The notes under the pieces: generated by a model
The model's input: only the letters and a program-made list of their open reading frames with translations
Databases searched by the model: none
What the model was told of the DNA's origin: nothing
Part shown: piece by piece, positions 29,301 through 40,117 of the stretch
Layout: every line of letters starts with the position of its first letter
Position numbering within the stretch: position 1 is the first letter of the stretch
Made by a program: the position numbers and the translations under genes
Origin: a virus
Reading direction: 5' to 3' (one strand)
Length of the DNA stretch: 64,000 nucleotides
IMG/VR virus record: IMGVR_UViG_3300045412_000135
Location: 6,575 to 70,574 of that record

Positions 29301-32300
29301 AATAGAATCTGGTTGTTGGTTTTAATCTTTCTGCCTTAATTGCTATATTTCTTGATCTTATCCAAGGAATAGAAGTTTTATTAATAATTCTAGATCCTAA
29401 ACTTTGCTGATCAAATCTTTCAACCAATCTTTGCTGAGTCCCTGTTCTTCGTTGAAGAATTCCTGTTGTTGTAGTAGTTCGTGTTCCAAAAACAGTTTCC
29501 CACCGCCCAGTTGCCCCCAACCAACCTCTCCATTCACCACCACTAGTCGTTGTTACTGCACCCGACCAATCTTCCACCCAAGATCCCCATTGTTGAGGAC
29601 CAAATCCATTTTGATCTGCTCCGATTTCACGAGCTCTAGAAGAATAATCTCCTTCTACACGAACAATATTTGGAGCAACAACTTCCGTTTCTATCCAATC
29701 ATCACTACTTGGATTTAATTCAATACCGCCCAAAAATGTAAATACATTAAATGGATTAACATTTTCAGTTCTTGATGCATATGGTTGAGTAATTAATAAT
29801 TCATGAACGTAAGGTAAAGTAATCAATCCTACATTTCTTACTACATTATTAGATGCAGTTTGATTATAAATTAATCCAATATTAGTAGTATAATGAGAAG
29901 GACGTAATATTCTCTCTGCAAAATCTATAGAGGCAGAATGATCCGGATTGTCTTTATCAATAACATTCTGATTTTCAAAAGAATCGCAGAAGAAACCATT
30001 TTTAAATTTATCATTTCCAAATTCATCTTTAATTATTAATGTATTGGTTTCTTGCTCAAGTAGAGTTAAAACACTATAATATTCAACATTTTGAATTCTA
30101 CGATCCAACAGTGCAATATCTCTCATAGTATAACGTTTAATATTTTCTTTAAATACTAAAGCATCAATATCAGGATCATATCCATATGCATTATATGCTA
30201 TAGTTGCCAAAAGCATTGCACCATCAACATCATCTGGAGGAGACGGGATCTCTTCCGGCTTTCCTTCAACAAGGAAAAATCTGCCATCAGCATCAACAAA
30301 TACTTTATCAATTCTTTTTACAAAATATGAATAATCGCATCTAAAATCTGAGTCTTGTTTTGGTATATCAAAAATTGTAGATCCCTGATCAGGATCAAAA
30401 ACTCTACTGGAAAAATCAAAAGTTGAACAATTTACTATAAATGGATCTGATATTGTGCCATTTCCTGATGCTAATTTATTTACACCTGGTCTAAAATCTA
30501 AAATATCTCTTAGTTCTTTCTTCTGAATTGTATTTTCTCCAGATCCAGCAGAAGAAATAAATGAAGGAATATCCGAATAATCTGTGCCAACGTATGAATT
30601 GATATTGAAATAATCACCTGTAGATTCATGCGAAAAATAATCACAAACTATTTTCAATTTACGAATAGGAATATTTCCTGTTTTTGTTCTAGTAAGTTTA
30701 GAACAATCATAAAAAAAATCTTTTTGATTGCTATCTAAAACAAATGATGAAGTTATATTTTTGCTACCTTTATTGATTGATCCTGCCGAATCACTAATTA
30801 AAGCATTTAATACATCTCCATCAGAATTATATCCTATAATAGTTTCATTTTGTTGAAAATTTATCGATGTTTCATAAACAATACTTAAACGAAGAGTTCC
30901 AGTATTAAAATCAACTACAAATGCTTTAGCACCAGAAGTTTTACCTGTAATAATTGATCCTGTTGCAAAGAAAGAAGCTTCTACTAAAGTGATATATGGA
31001 ATCACAGCCTCATTAGTATCTACAGATTCATATACTGCTCTCAATTTATAAACATCTGCTTTTCCTAAAGAAATATCCTTATCTTCGATTCTAGTTCCAT
31101 ATAGATTACTATATGTCAATCCATATTGAATTTGATCGCTAGATTTCAAAGTCTTATTTATTTTCCAAACTCCCATTTTAATGGCATTTTTAACTTTTGG
31201 AGTTGTTACGTTTTTGGAAATTACCGCATTAAATCTAACAGCAGTAATTCCAGTTAAATTTGCAACTGTTATAGTTGATCTTGGTGTTCCACTGGTATTA
31301 AATGTTGTATAAGCAACACCTCCAGTTGAAGAAGTTTGCAAAGATATTACTTGACCAACAGTATATGATCCACCAGATATAGCAGTTATTGTTAAATTAT
31401 AATTTTCCGATTCAACAGATTCGAACTGTTCATTCTCTGCTAGAGCAATCGTAAAACTTTGACTAGTTACTTGTGGTTCATAAGTCCTTCTTATAATCAT
31501 ACTTTCATCAGAAATATTCTTAATCGATCCTTTTGGCATTTCTGTAAATAAATCTGCCTGAGCGAGATTATCTAAGTTAGGTCTATATCTGATTACTGTA
31601 GTGTAATCTGTATTTGTCGTAGGAGTAAATCCAGAAGAAGTAGTTACTTTAATTGTTTGGCTAGAATATGTAAATATACTAGTTAAATCAAATCCTGCAG
31701 GAACAGCATCAACAATAAAATATTGCGATGGCGAAATATATAAAAAGTCACCAGGTCTTACTTCAGGAGAAATATTACTATTATATCCAGTTAAATACTT
31801 ATTTGCACCAGCAGTAGTATATGTAAATTTTGTTCCTGTTAATTTTCTTTGATCTAATAATCGAACATCCGTAGTAAAAATTACTGTTCCTGTAGTGTTT
31901 CTACCTACAATTTGTCTCGTGTCGGAAAATATATATGAATAAGTTCTAGTGATGGTTGCCTTATCAATACCATCAACTGCAATAACTTCTCCGTTTCTAA
32001 ATTGACCTATAACTCCAGTAAGAGTAATTGTTTGACCAGTAAAAGAAAAACCTGAAGAGACTCTAATGAATCCCGTTGCCCCTGATGTTTTACCGACTAC
32101 TTGAGAACCAGCAGTGATTGTTGTAGATGTAGACAAGTACAATTGAGTGTGCATTGAGATGTCAAATAAATGACAATTATAGTTATCGTCAACTGTTCCT
32201 GTAATTGAATCTGATCCAGATCCATCAATTTCCCAACTTGCAACTCTTGCAATACCAATAATATTACCAGCAATTACACCTCTTGTTGTTGTGTAAGCAT

Positions 32301-33573
32301 CTCTCAATTCTACAATTTGATAAGATGATGCAATATCAGGTCCGCTTAAAACGGGTTGTCCAAATGTATTTGTTGTGACAACATTATTTCCAAGTTCAAA
32401 TGGAATAATATTATTTTGGAAAGACTTATGTGATCTTGGTTTTGTTGCATCCAAATATGTGGGAGTATCTCTTGTAATTGAATAACCCTTTAGATAAACG
32501 CTACCTGGAGAAATTTGAACAGTGTATAAATTATCAGAAGCAGGTAATCCTTTGTCTTGTGTAATTGAACCTGCTTCATAAACACCATTATTGAATCCAT
32601 CATTCAAGCATTCTCTTACTTTAATATCAAAGGGGCGGATCATGAAATCACCCGCAGTATCATTTACTACTTTAGCAAATCTTTTTTCTAATTCTGAATA
32701 TTTTGTTTCATCGACTTTTAGCTCTACTTTTCCATTTTTTAGTCGAAGCAATTCATAGAAATTTTTATCAGCATCATCACCAATTTCTTTTTTTACTAAA
32801 GATCCTTTTAATCTAAATCTATGAGAACCTGGAGCAGCATAATTTGAAGATCCAGCAGCATTATCGTTTAAACTTGTATCATCTTCTGATGTGATAATGG
32901 ATTCCGATATCTCAAGTCCAATTCTATATGATGGATTTATACTATACTGATCTAAAATTAAACTTTGATATGCAACATCAACAAAAAATCCTCTAATAAA
33001 ATATACTCCTGTATTAATGTATGAAATCGAACCAACTTGATTTGCATCAGTTGGAATTAATTGTGCTACTGGAGTTCCAATTTCGATTAAAGTTGTCCCG
33101 TAAGTAATTTCAGCATCTACAATAATCTGCTCATTTACAGCAAATTTTGTGATAGTCTTTTCTATACCACCTGCTTCTTTATATTTTACAAATAATGTTA
33201 TAAATCCTTTATCTGATTGATCTGCAGAAATGGACAGAATAACCTCTGCTTTCACTCCAGTTGTTAGACCAGTTATAGTAGTTCCAACTAATTGAGTTCT
33301 ATAATTTTCTACGTCTGATCCCAAAAAGGAACTCTGAATTAAAATTGAATCGACATTGTTATCCCAACCAAGTTGGCCGGGTATTACCATGGAACCATCT
33401 TTAAATAAATGCGTACCAACACTTTCAACTTGATTTTGTAAGATTGATTGTAACGTTGTTAATTCTCTAGCCTGAATAGGAAATCCTGGTCTAAAAAGAA
33501 CTTTATAAAAGTTTTTAAATTTATCAAAATCGTCAAAATATGGACTGACGTTCAGGTTGGTGTTTTGTGCCAT
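26326..33573 (-). CDS. Large baseplate/virion structural protein, VrlC / DUF4815 family
   Basis: NLNVSPYFDDFD...KVLFRPGFPIQARELTTLQSILQNQ; NYAAPGSHR; ENVNPFNVF; DPLAQSF; GVLFKSQNASTW. Confidence 0.88.
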   Translation of the reverse strand: MAQNTNLNVSPYFDDFDKFKNFYKVLFRPGFPIQARELTTLQSILQNQVESVGTHLFKDGSMVIPGQLGWDNNVDSILIQSSFLGSDVENYRTQLVGTTITGLTTGVKAEVILSISADQSDKGFITLFVKYKEAGGIEKTITKFAVNEQIIVDAEITYGTTLIEIGTPVAQLIPTDANQVGSISYINTGVYFIRGFFVDVAYQSLILDQYSINPSYRIGLEISESIITSEDDTSLNDNAAGSSNYAAPGSHRFRLKGSLVKKEIGDDADKNFYELLRLKNGKVELKVDETKYSELEKRFAKVVNDTAGDFMIRPFDIKVRECLNDGFNNGVYEAGSITQDKGLPASDNLYTVQISPGSVYLKGYSITRDTPTYLDATKPRSHKSFQNNIIPFELGNNVVTTNTFGQPVLSGPDIASSYQIVELRDAYTTTRGVIAGNIIGIARVASWEIDGSGSDSITGTVDDNYNCHLFDISMHTQLYLSTSTTITAGSQVVGKTSGATGFIRVSSGFSFTGQTITLTGVIGQFRNGEVIAVDGIDKATITRTYSYIFSDTRQIVGRNTTGTVIFTTDVRLLDQRKLTGTKFTYTTAGANKYLTGYNSNISPEVRPGDFLYISPSQYFIVDAVPAGFDLTSIFTYSSQTIKVTTSSGFTPTTNTDYTTVIRYRPNLDNLAQADLFTEMPKGSIKNISDESMIIRRTYEPQVTSQSFTIALAENEQFESVESENYNLTITAISGGSYTVGQVISLQTSSTGGVAYTTFNTSGTPRSTITVANLTGITAVRFNAVISKNVTTPKVKNAIKMGVWKINKTLKSSDQIQYGLTYSNLYGTRIEDKDISLGKADVYKLRAVYESVDTNEAVIPYITLVEASFFATGSIITGKTSGAKAFVVDFNTGTLRLSIVYETSINFQQNETIIGYNSDGDVLNALISDSAGSINKGSKNITSSFVLDSNQKDFFYDCSKLTRTKTGNIPIRKLKIVCDYFSHESTGDYFNINSYVGTDYSDIPSFISSAGSGENTIQKKELRDILDFRPGVNKLASGNGTISDPFIVNCSTFDFSSRVFDPDQGSTIFDIPKQDSDFRCDYSYFVKRIDKVFVDADGRFFLVEGKPEEIPSPPDDVDGAMLLATIAYNAYGYDPDIDALVFKENIKRYTMRDIALLDRRIQNVEYYSVLTLLEQETNTLIIKDEFGNDKFKNGFFCDSFENQNVIDKDNPDHSASIDFAERILRPSHYTTNIGLIYNQTASNNVVRNVGLITLPYVHELLITQPYASRTENVNPFNVFTFLGGIELNPSSDDWIETEVVAPNIVRVEGDYSSRAREIGADQNGFGPQQWGSWVEDWSGAVTTTSGGEWRGWLGATGRWETVFGTRTTTTTGILQRRTGTQQRLVERFDQQSLGSRIINKTSIPWIRSRNIAIKAERLKPTTRFYSFFDNVAVTEYIIPKILELLKNPTQNSNTNSIPFQIGETVRVQEVSSTGVRTTIFSAKVAALNDGYKYNPYTSAELAAVYSSDTAYLNIDVNSLSEQVSPTYYGNIQVNYIIQGLTSGAKAVIKDRRIITDPAGRFKGAFFIPKGTVSTNPKWATGRRVFKLTTSPTDSPSLPGDSTSSNAQVTYEATGILETSQETILSIRNADIATVPLTEQRTTSRTRQESVQIGWWDPLAQSFIVQEKGGCYLSKVDIFFNSKDPTIPVSGQLRIMQNGIPTPRILPNSTVSIYPEDVEISQNASIATKFVFPAPVYLSDTEEYCFVLFSDSNKYTVWISEMGEIDITGDRTISAQPYAGVLFKSQNASTWSPNQLQDLKFNIYRAKFGPLSGKLVLNNAALGVGNRGIITLRENPIKSLSPSMTLILSTSTSNFTIGARIYQAITNASATIKSVVTTTTPRQLVVDNVDGTFLQGSLINQVVSYPIISSQSIASIRVDGPPTGTFTVGKTVTGSTSGATAIVTSWVLDSGGAYGTLLVNYVSNVFSDNETISQSNPTISGTVDAANTTYSGDTKQEYLSLAPSFSSAVKKVTVSHSNHGMHDLSNQVTISGIISEIAPTTLKTAITKTDVSLTVVDAAAFHTTINGLDISSTNTGYIKIDDEIMAYESIGNDATTITIKTNGRGLGNTTAADHAEGSFVECYNFDGIPLIEINTTHTNIQSPTLDTYELAVSSVATNGITGGGSAGTATQNIPFEVITPNIQTVKHSTTTIISRINTVSGSSINTGSPTEVSFVNDGSYSEVTLNTPNYLSYQQLILSGTNESVKLAGAKSFTMELNLTSETDKLTPVIDLDRSSITTTSNRINNPSNFTDALLFANDPHEAVYITKMIALDNQISRSIKVYFDAYRPPEANFKVLYRIVPVGFSDNENEIAWEFFNTTGGPDKQVSAVNDYVFKSYEYSATGLEFIKFQIKICMISSNQAIVPQFKYFRAIATAT

Positions 33574-33592
33574 TTTTTTCTATCCCTGCCTA

Positions 33593-35125
33593 TTAGAATT
33601 CAATAACAATTTTAATATCTTCGATTTGATCGTTAGCACGGGAAATCGACTTTCTATTATCTATATAGATGACTTCTCCGCTGTTTCTTTGGATCTCTGA
33701 GAATGCATATCCAGATGTAAATTTCATACCCAAATCGTATTCTGTATTATTAATTGTCCTTGTAGAAGTACCTGGAACTGCTGGGAAATTTACATCTGGT
33801 TCTCCAGACGCTCCAGATGAAGAACCAACAACAACATTACTTCCAGAAAATTCATTTAATGAACCAATTACTTCTGGATAAATTCCATCAATTTTATTTT
33901 GATAAAATTTCAATACTTTAGTTACAGAATTCCAAGAAATCACTCTTCCCCTTGCAGTTATTTGTGAACCACCAACAGTTCTTGTTTGCGTGATTATCTC
34001 ATCAACAACAAAATTACCTTGAAAAACTGGCGAAAAAATTACTGCTTTTGTTGCACTTAAAGTCAAATCATCCGTCAATTCTTGTGTGTTAAATTTATAA
34101 GGATTTAAAATTAATCCAATTCTGCGATAATCATTGTCAATTGGAAAATCTCCAGATCCTTCAGAATATGATAATTTTGCATTAATCATTACTCTAAATG
34201 CACCAAGTTCAAATAATGGATTAAAACCGTGGCCTCCTTGAGGCGGAATAATAATATCAATTGAAGCACCTGTTCCAGTTCCAATACCATTAATAGCATC
34301 AATAATGATTTTACCAAAAGTATACCCAATTCCACCTGAAGTTACTGTAGCATTAACAATTTTTCCTCCATCAACGACGACTGATACCCTTCCACCAGTA
34401 CCATCACCAACAATAGCAACATTATCATATGTTCCGTTATTATATCCAGATCCAGATGCTGTGATAATTACAGTATCAATTTCTCCAGATACTGCATTAC
34501 TAGAAACAGCGGAATCTGTCAGAACGGGAATATAATCATTCGAAAAGAATTTTAAAACCTGAGCAACTGGAATAGTATATATAAATTTCCATCTATAACC
34601 GTCTGAAGTGGTTATAATAGATGTTGATGTGCCAGTAGGTTCAACTGTAGAAGGTTTTCCATTTGGATCTGATGGAGAAGTACCATTATAGATGCACTTA
34701 TAAACTTGATAAGTTGAATTTACAACATAGAAATCGGATTCGTATAAACGTGTTGATCCTGATGCTGCAGTCTTTGTTGGCGAATAATCATGACGATACA
34801 TGTCATAGATATATCCCAATCCGCCTGTAGTCTTCTCTGGTGGTGTCCAATCTATACGACGGATAACTTGAATAGTATCATTAGATAAAATTCTTTTCAA
34901 AGAAATCATATCATCATACAAATCACTATATTCTTCAAAGCTATCAACTGCTTGAGGAGGACTATTTTCGTTTTCCCAAGCTTGTGGTCTTCCAATGAAA
35001 ACATACAATCTATCTCTATCATCTCCTGCAACAATATCTGTTGCTTCTGGATCTGGACCTGCTAGAGAAGTAATAAATTTTCCTGCCGAATAAATTCGAA
35101 ATTGATCTGTAAGAAGTGCTGACAT
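33593..35125 (-). CDS. gp8: Baseplate wedge subunit
   Basis: LYVFIGRPQAW; VIRRIDW; YQVYKCIYN; DGYRWKFIYTI; EVIYIDNR...QIEDIKIVIEF. Confidence 0.92.
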   Translation of the reverse strand: MSALLTDQFRIYSAGKFITSLAGPDPEATDIVAGDDRDRLYVFIGRPQAWENENSPPQAVDSFEEYSDLYDDMISLKRILSNDTIQVIRRIDWTPPEKTTGGLGYIYDMYRHDYSPTKTAASGSTRLYESDFYVVNSTYQVYKCIYNGTSPSDPNGKPSTVEPTGTSTSIITTSDGYRWKFIYTIPVAQVLKFFSNDYIPVLTDSAVSSNAVSGEIDTVIITASGSGYNNGTYDNVAIVGDGTGGRVSVVVDGGKIVNATVTSGGIGYTFGKIIIDAINGIGTGTGASIDIIIPPQGGHGFNPLFELGAFRVMINAKLSYSEGSGDFPIDNDYRRIGLILNPYKFNTQELTDDLTLSATKAVIFSPVFQGNFVVDEIITQTRTVGGSQITARGRVISWNSVTKVLKFYQNKIDGIYPEVIGSLNEFSGSNVVVGSSSGASGEPDVNFPAVPGTSTRTINNTEYDLGMKFTSGYAFSEIQRNSGEVIYIDNRKSISRANDQIEDIKIVIEF

Positions 35126-35159
35126 TAATTTATTCCAAAATTTTTATATCCATATAATA

Positions 35160-35166
35160 TATTTAG
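35160..35166 (-). promoter_or_regulatory. T4-type late promoter (gp8)
   Basis: CTAAATA about 35 nt upstream of the ATG. Confidence 0.6.
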
Positions 35167-35169
35167 TGA

Positions 35170-37263
35170 TTAAAATTTATCATTTCTAACTCTAGTTAGA
35201 TAATCTATATGACGAATTCTCCAAGAAGCTCCACTGGTTTCTCCAATTAGTTTTTCGCCACCTAAAACAGCTTGCGCTATCGCATTTTGACCATCTCCTA
35301 TTATGGTAATACTTGGACTCGATGTATATCCATATCCACCATTTGTAACGGTTATGGATGTTAATTGATCACCAGTTAATGTTGATGTTCCAGTTGCTGT
35401 AATCACACCAGAAGAAAATTGTATAGAAGGACTGGTAGTATATGCATTTCCTCTTTCTAAAATAATTACATCAACAACAGTTGAATCATATGAAAATTCA
35501 TTAAAAAATCCGTCTCCAGTATCATATGGAATAGGATTTTTTACAACTAGTATTTTATTTACTGCGTCCCAAGAAAACACTATAGCTTTAACACCAGAAT
35601 TATTTCCAGTTACAGTTTCTCCAACAATGAAATTTACACCATTATAATTATCTTGAGATCTTACATCCATTTTAATTTCTATTTTTGCATAGTGTTCCAC
35701 ACCTTCTTTCAATGCTGAAGCATCAATGATAGTTGCTGTTCTTGATATCGCACTAGAATCTCTTATCTGATCTCCCGTTTCAAATAAAGTTGTATTTATT
35801 CCGCCAATAACTTCCTCAATACCATATAATGATTCTGGGTTACCACCATTTAAACTAATTTGATCTTCAAAAGTAGTTCCAGTATTATCAATATCAGGAA
35901 AACCATCTCCATTTCCATCAAATTCTTCGATGTCTTGGAATTTTTTATTGAATAAAATGGCTAGTGGATCTGTTAACTGATAAATTACTCCACCTTCAAA
36001 ATCAATTATAATATGTGGTAATCTTGATGTTCCACTAGCATCTGCCGCTCCACCATCAAATTGAGTAGGACCCCTATCACCTGGAGATCCCCCGTCAATA
36101 AAAGCTAAATCATCAACTTGGAATACAACAAATAACTCTCTAGTTAATGGGTCCCAGTTATATACTATTGCAATCTTACTGCTGGAATTAGATTCAACTC
36201 TAGTAATTCTATCACCAATATTAAATTCAAAGCCACTTAATCCAGTATCAGGATCATTTTGACTTGTATCGAGAATAACTCGTTGATCATACCTAAAATT
36301 TAATCCTCGTGAACAACCAGTAAAACGATTTGCATCTTTTCCAATATATCTAATAATTTCTTTTTCTAATAAAAAATATCCTGTGTTTGGATATTTTGTT
36401 GTTGATCCAACATAAATTGAGCTATCTGATCTACCAATATCTCGTGTTAATCCAGTAATATCAAAAAGTGCTGAATTGTATGATTGTCTATTTCTTGCTT
36501 TCCTTTTAAGAGTTGCTTGTCTTGCGAATACAACATCAGGAGGAGAAGTATATCCCTTTCCTTGTTCCGTAACAATAATACTTACTACACTACCTTGGTT
36601 TATAACTGCTTTACCTTTAGCACCAATGCCACCGCCACCAATAAACAAAACAAATGGCGGAGATTGATAAAATTGACCAGGATTTGTAATAGATACATTA
36701 GTAGATAATACTCCCTTTCTATCTACATTTGCAATTCCAGATGCACCCGCTCCGCCGCCACCATCAACCGATAAAAATGGTTCTGTCTCATAATTTCTTC
36801 CAGCATTTAATAATGCTATACCAGTAATTGTTTTGGGTACTGCCTTTAAAACAGCTCCGATTCCACCACCACCTAGTATTTCTGCTTCTACATCATAAAA
36901 ATGTTTGTCGCCTGGTTGGGTTACTTGAACATATTCAACACTTCCTGAAGATGTTAGAAATACTTTTGCATCAGCAGGATCAGGAACCTCCTCTCCTTCT
37001 GGAACAATAGGTGTAAATTTAATTCTTAAAGGATCATATCCTTCTCCAGAATCTAATACTTTTACAGAAACAATTTTACCATCTATAATGACTGGATTTA
37101 AAACGGCATCTCTAACTGGAATACCACAATTACCAATTCTCAAATAGGGAGGTTGTTCTGGATCATATCCAGAACCAGTATCTTCAATGATTACGGAATC
37201 GATTCCGTATTGATCATTAAATACTGGTGTAATAATAGCTCCAGATCCAGGTACTACTGCCAT
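35170..37263 (-). CDS. Virion structural (baseplate-associated) protein with GxGY beta-repeats
   Basis: VPGSGAIITPVF N-terminus; repeated I...GxGY...P.V...GGGG.GA modules; immediately upstream of gp8. Confidence 0.8.
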   Translation of the reverse strand: MAVVPGSGAIITPVFNDQYGIDSVIIEDTGSGYDPEQPPYLRIGNCGIPVRDAVLNPVIIDGKIVSVKVLDSGEGYDPLRIKFTPIVPEGEEVPDPADAKVFLTSSGSVEYVQVTQPGDKHFYDVEAEILGGGGIGAVLKAVPKTITGIALLNAGRNYETEPFLSVDGGGGAGASGIANVDRKGVLSTNVSITNPGQFYQSPPFVLFIGGGGIGAKGKAVINQGSVVSIIVTEQGKGYTSPPDVVFARQATLKRKARNRQSYNSALFDITGLTRDIGRSDSSIYVGSTTKYPNTGYFLLEKEIIRYIGKDANRFTGCSRGLNFRYDQRVILDTSQNDPDTGLSGFEFNIGDRITRVESNSSSKIAIVYNWDPLTRELFVVFQVDDLAFIDGGSPGDRGPTQFDGGAADASGTSRLPHIIIDFEGGVIYQLTDPLAILFNKKFQDIEEFDGNGDGFPDIDNTGTTFEDQISLNGGNPESLYGIEEVIGGINTTLFETGDQIRDSSAISRTATIIDASALKEGVEHYAKIEIKMDVRSQDNYNGVNFIVGETVTGNNSGVKAIVFSWDAVNKILVVKNPIPYDTGDGFFNEFSYDSTVVDVIILERGNAYTTSPSIQFSSGVITATGTSTLTGDQLTSITVTNGGYGYTSSPSITIIGDGQNAIAQAVLGGEKLIGETSGASWRIRHIDYLTRVRNDKF

Positions 37264-39005
37264 TATCTTTTACCTCTTATTCTTGGAAAAATATGACCTG
37301 TTGTGGGTCTTGCTTTATGATTGGATGATGGAGTTAAGTGCCCCGTATGTGGTCGTTTAGGCCAATAATATAAAAATCTATTATTATCATCGGATCCTAA
37401 AGTGTCATATGGTGATTGCGATGGCCTCCGAGATCCAGCACTTACCCAATCGGAATTTGGTTCTTGTTTTCGAACCTGTGATGATTTTGCACCATTTCCT
37501 GTTTTTATATATGAAACAACTTCTGCTTGACTCATATCTGGTTGTTGTTCTAGAAGACAAGCCAATACACCAGTAACCTGTGGAGAAGCCATGCTAGTTC
37601 CACTGGAAACAGTAATATAATAACTACTATTTCTGGGGTCTTGCAGCACAAATCTAGATACACCTTGAAGATCTATTCCCCCATTTGCGTCATAAACCGA
37701 AGATATAATTGCATCCCCAGGAGCCCAAACATCTACTCTAGGTCCCCAATCACTAAAATTTACTTTAACATCTTGTGTTAATGAATTAATTGCTCCTACT
37801 GAAACTACATTTGCCGCCGCCGCAGGTGTTCCTCCCTGTGCATAATAATAAGTAAAACCAGATGCAATGAAATGATTATTGTAGTCTATATGACCAGAAT
37901 ATGAATGTTCAAAATATCCATTTCCAGCAGCTGCAACTACTATAATACCGTCGTTTATAGCATCTTGTATATCGGCATCAACCGCAGCAACTCTTGCAGG
38001 CACACGACTAACAAAGTTTACATTTGGAACTGGAACTCCACTTGCTTCCAAAATTGTTCTTTTCGATGAATTTGGAACGTTTGTCAAAGTTACAGTATTT
38101 TGTCTATATGTTACGGACGAAAATCCTGTTATTGCTATGTTTGCACTATAAGTATATCCCCAACTATTGTTTGTAATAGTTGGATTTCTTCTACCTGTTT
38201 CTGGATTAATTGGTTTATTTTTATGAAAAGCTCGTATATAATCAAATAATAAAATTGACCAAGAAGTTCCACCATCAGGGGATGTTGGGTAATTAAAATC
38301 TATATTATAGATATTAGCATCTCTTGCCCACCCTTGAGTATTTCCAGCAACAGTACCAGCTACGTGAGTTCCATGACTTCCTGAATGAATATACGAATAT
38401 CCTGTTGTTGCTGTTATTCCAACATATGAAGAATAATCAACAAACCAATCAATCTGTTTTACTCTACTTCCACCAGTTCCATTTTCATTTACTGCAAATT
38501 CTGGATGATCTGGATTTATATGTTCATCTACAATTACAACATCAACATTTTTTCCAGAACTAGTTGTTTTAATCGTTGTACTGACAGAATTAGTTTGAGG
38601 ACTTGATATACTTGAAGATCCACTTCTACCCCAATTAATTGGTTCCGAACCATTAATTACTCTGTATAATCCCCAATTCTTATCTGCATTTGTCCAAAAT
38701 TGATTTCCACCAACAACATCAAATAGTTCTTTTTTAAAATTAGCAGTTTGCGTCCAAAATGGTGTTGCCTCAATCCCCCGTTCTTCTGGGGGAAGTTCTA
38801 CAGCAATTATTCTAGAATCATTTTGTAATTTTTGTGCCTCCTCATCATTCAGTAAGTAATGAGTGTTTCTACTAATATCTCGTCGCAACAAACACTCAAC
38901 TTCTCTATCTGGAATATAATCTGTACCTCCAGGAGTTTCCATATCATCATAGAAACTCTCAAGATCATCGAAATTATTTACCGTTACAATGTACTCTTTT
39001 TCCAT
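37263..39005 (-). CDS. S8 family subtilisin-like serine protease
   Basis: Catalytic triad motifs VDVVIVD, HGTHVAGT and SGTSMASP; oxyanion AAAGN; VDVWAPG; N-terminal prodomain-like region. Confidence 0.93.
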   Translation of the reverse strand: MEKEYIVTVNNFDDLESFYDDMETPGGTDYIPDREVECLLRRDISRNTHYLLNDEEAQKLQNDSRIIAVELPPEERGIEATPFWTQTANFKKELFDVVGGNQFWTNADKNWGLYRVINGSEPINWGRSGSSSISSPQTNSVSTTIKTTSSGKNVDVVIVDEHINPDHPEFAVNENGTGGSRVKQIDWFVDYSSYVGITATTGYSYIHSGSHGTHVAGTVAGNTQGWARDANIYNIDFNYPTSPDGGTSWSILLFDYIRAFHKNKPINPETGRRNPTITNNSWGYTYSANIAITGFSSVTYRQNTVTLTNVPNSSKRTILEASGVPVPNVNFVSRVPARVAAVDADIQDAINDGIIVVAAAGNGYFEHSYSGHIDYNNHFIASGFTYYYAQGGTPAAAANVVSVGAINSLTQDVKVNFSDWGPRVDVWAPGDAIISSVYDANGGIDLQGVSRFVLQDPRNSSYYITVSSGTSMASPQVTGVLACLLEQQPDMSQAEVVSYIKTGNGAKSSQVRKQEPNSDWVSAGSRRPSQSPYDTLGSDDNNRFLYYWPKRPHTGHLTPSSNHKARPTTGHIFPRIRGKR

Positions 39006-39006
39006 A

Positions 39007-40095
39007 TCAGAGTTCTAATTGTAGAATATTTAATGTAACATCAACAACGCCAGTGCTGCCAGAAATATTTTTAACTTTCATATAAATGAGTGAAGATGGA
39101 GTAGTATCATTATTAAAACCTAGTGTTCCTGGAGTCAATAAAATAGTTTGCGCTCCAGTTGTAATAATTTCTGCTATTACACCAGAGCCAGGAGTTGGGT
39201 CTGTTGTTTCTAATCTAGATACATCTGCAGTCCTAGATGTTTGATCAGTATAAATTGTCACCCAAGCAGCACGATTTGTAGTTATTTTCATGAGTAGATA
39301 TGACTTAAATCCAACAACATCAATATTTCCAGAAGCATTATTTGCCAAAGATGAAGATGTTGCTTGGATCGAAGTTCTCGATGGGGATAATGTGCTGGGA
39401 GTATTTAAAATATCACTGTAGTTTAATTTTGAATTTACAAATGTGGTTCCATTATATCTAATTGTTTGTCCTGTAGATGGAGATGATACTGCTACATCTG
39501 TCAATCCATCTAAATTTTGAGCACCGATAAGACTTTCTAAGTCTGGTTTATTTGTCAAATCATTATAATTTCCACTAGTTGCTACAGTTGCAAATGCTGG
39601 TTTATTAGATAAATCAACATAACTACCAGAGAACAAAGTAGGTTTGTTTAATAAATCATTATAATTTCCACTTAATCCAACAGCAGAGATGGATGGTTTA
39701 TTAGATAAATCGTTATATTCTCCAGTTGTAGCTACAGTAGAATATGATGGTTTATTAGTCAGATCTGCATAATTACCAGAAAATAAATTTGGTTTGTTTA
39801 AAATCTGGGTAATACCAGAAGATGAATTCCAATCAACATTCACTTGAGGAGTTGGAATTGTGGGTAAATTTGATAAATCATTATAACTCAATTTGGAATT
39901 TATAAATTTAGTTCCATTTGATCTCAATACATGAGTATTCGTAGTACCACTAATTTCAACGGACAATTCCGATCCATCACCTAAGGCATTATATAGTTCA
40001 GTTAATGTACTATTTACTTTTTGTGCTCCTGATCGAATAGTATCACCAGTACCATCATTTGCCTGAGATCCAACACTTATAAGTTGTTTTGTCAT
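39007..40095 (-). CDS. gp9/gp10-like baseplate/fibre connector with (SG)NYNDLxNKP repeats
   Basis: MTKQLISVGSQANDGTGDTIRSGAQKVN is the T4 gp9/gp10 N-terminal signature; about seven YxDLxNxP repeats follow. Confidence 0.82.
   Translation of the reverse strand: MTKQLISVGSQANDGTGDTIRSGAQKVNSTLTELYNALGDGSELSVEISGTTNTHVLRSNGTKFINSKLSYNDLSNLPTIPTPQVNVDWNSSSGITQILNKPNLFSGNYADLTNKPSYSTVATTGEYNDLSNKPSISAVGLSGNYNDLLNKPTLFSGSYVDLSNKPAFATVATSGNYNDLTNKPDLESLIGAQNLDGLTDVAVSSPSTGQTIRYNGTTFVNSKLNYSDILNTPSTLSPSRTSIQATSSSLANNASGNIDVVGFKSYLLMKITTNRAAWVTIYTDQTSRTADVSRLETTDPTPGSGVIAEIITTGAQTILLTPGTLGFNNDTTPSSLIYMKVKNISGSTGVVDVTLNILQLEL
39540..39895 (-). repeat. Tandem short protein repeats SGNYNDLxNKP
   Basis: YNDLSNLP, SGNYADLTNKP, TGEYNDLSNKP, SGNYNDLLNKP, SGSYVDLSNKP, SGNYNDLTNKP. 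Confidence 0.85.
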
Positions 40096-40117
40096 TTTTT
40101 TAGTGTTCCTACGTGTT

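Noticed and set aside
39540-39895. Periodic DNA repeats resembling a CRISPR array
   Set aside because: They are degenerate in-frame codon repeats of SGNYNDLxNKP, with no constant repeat/unique spacer pattern and no cas genes.
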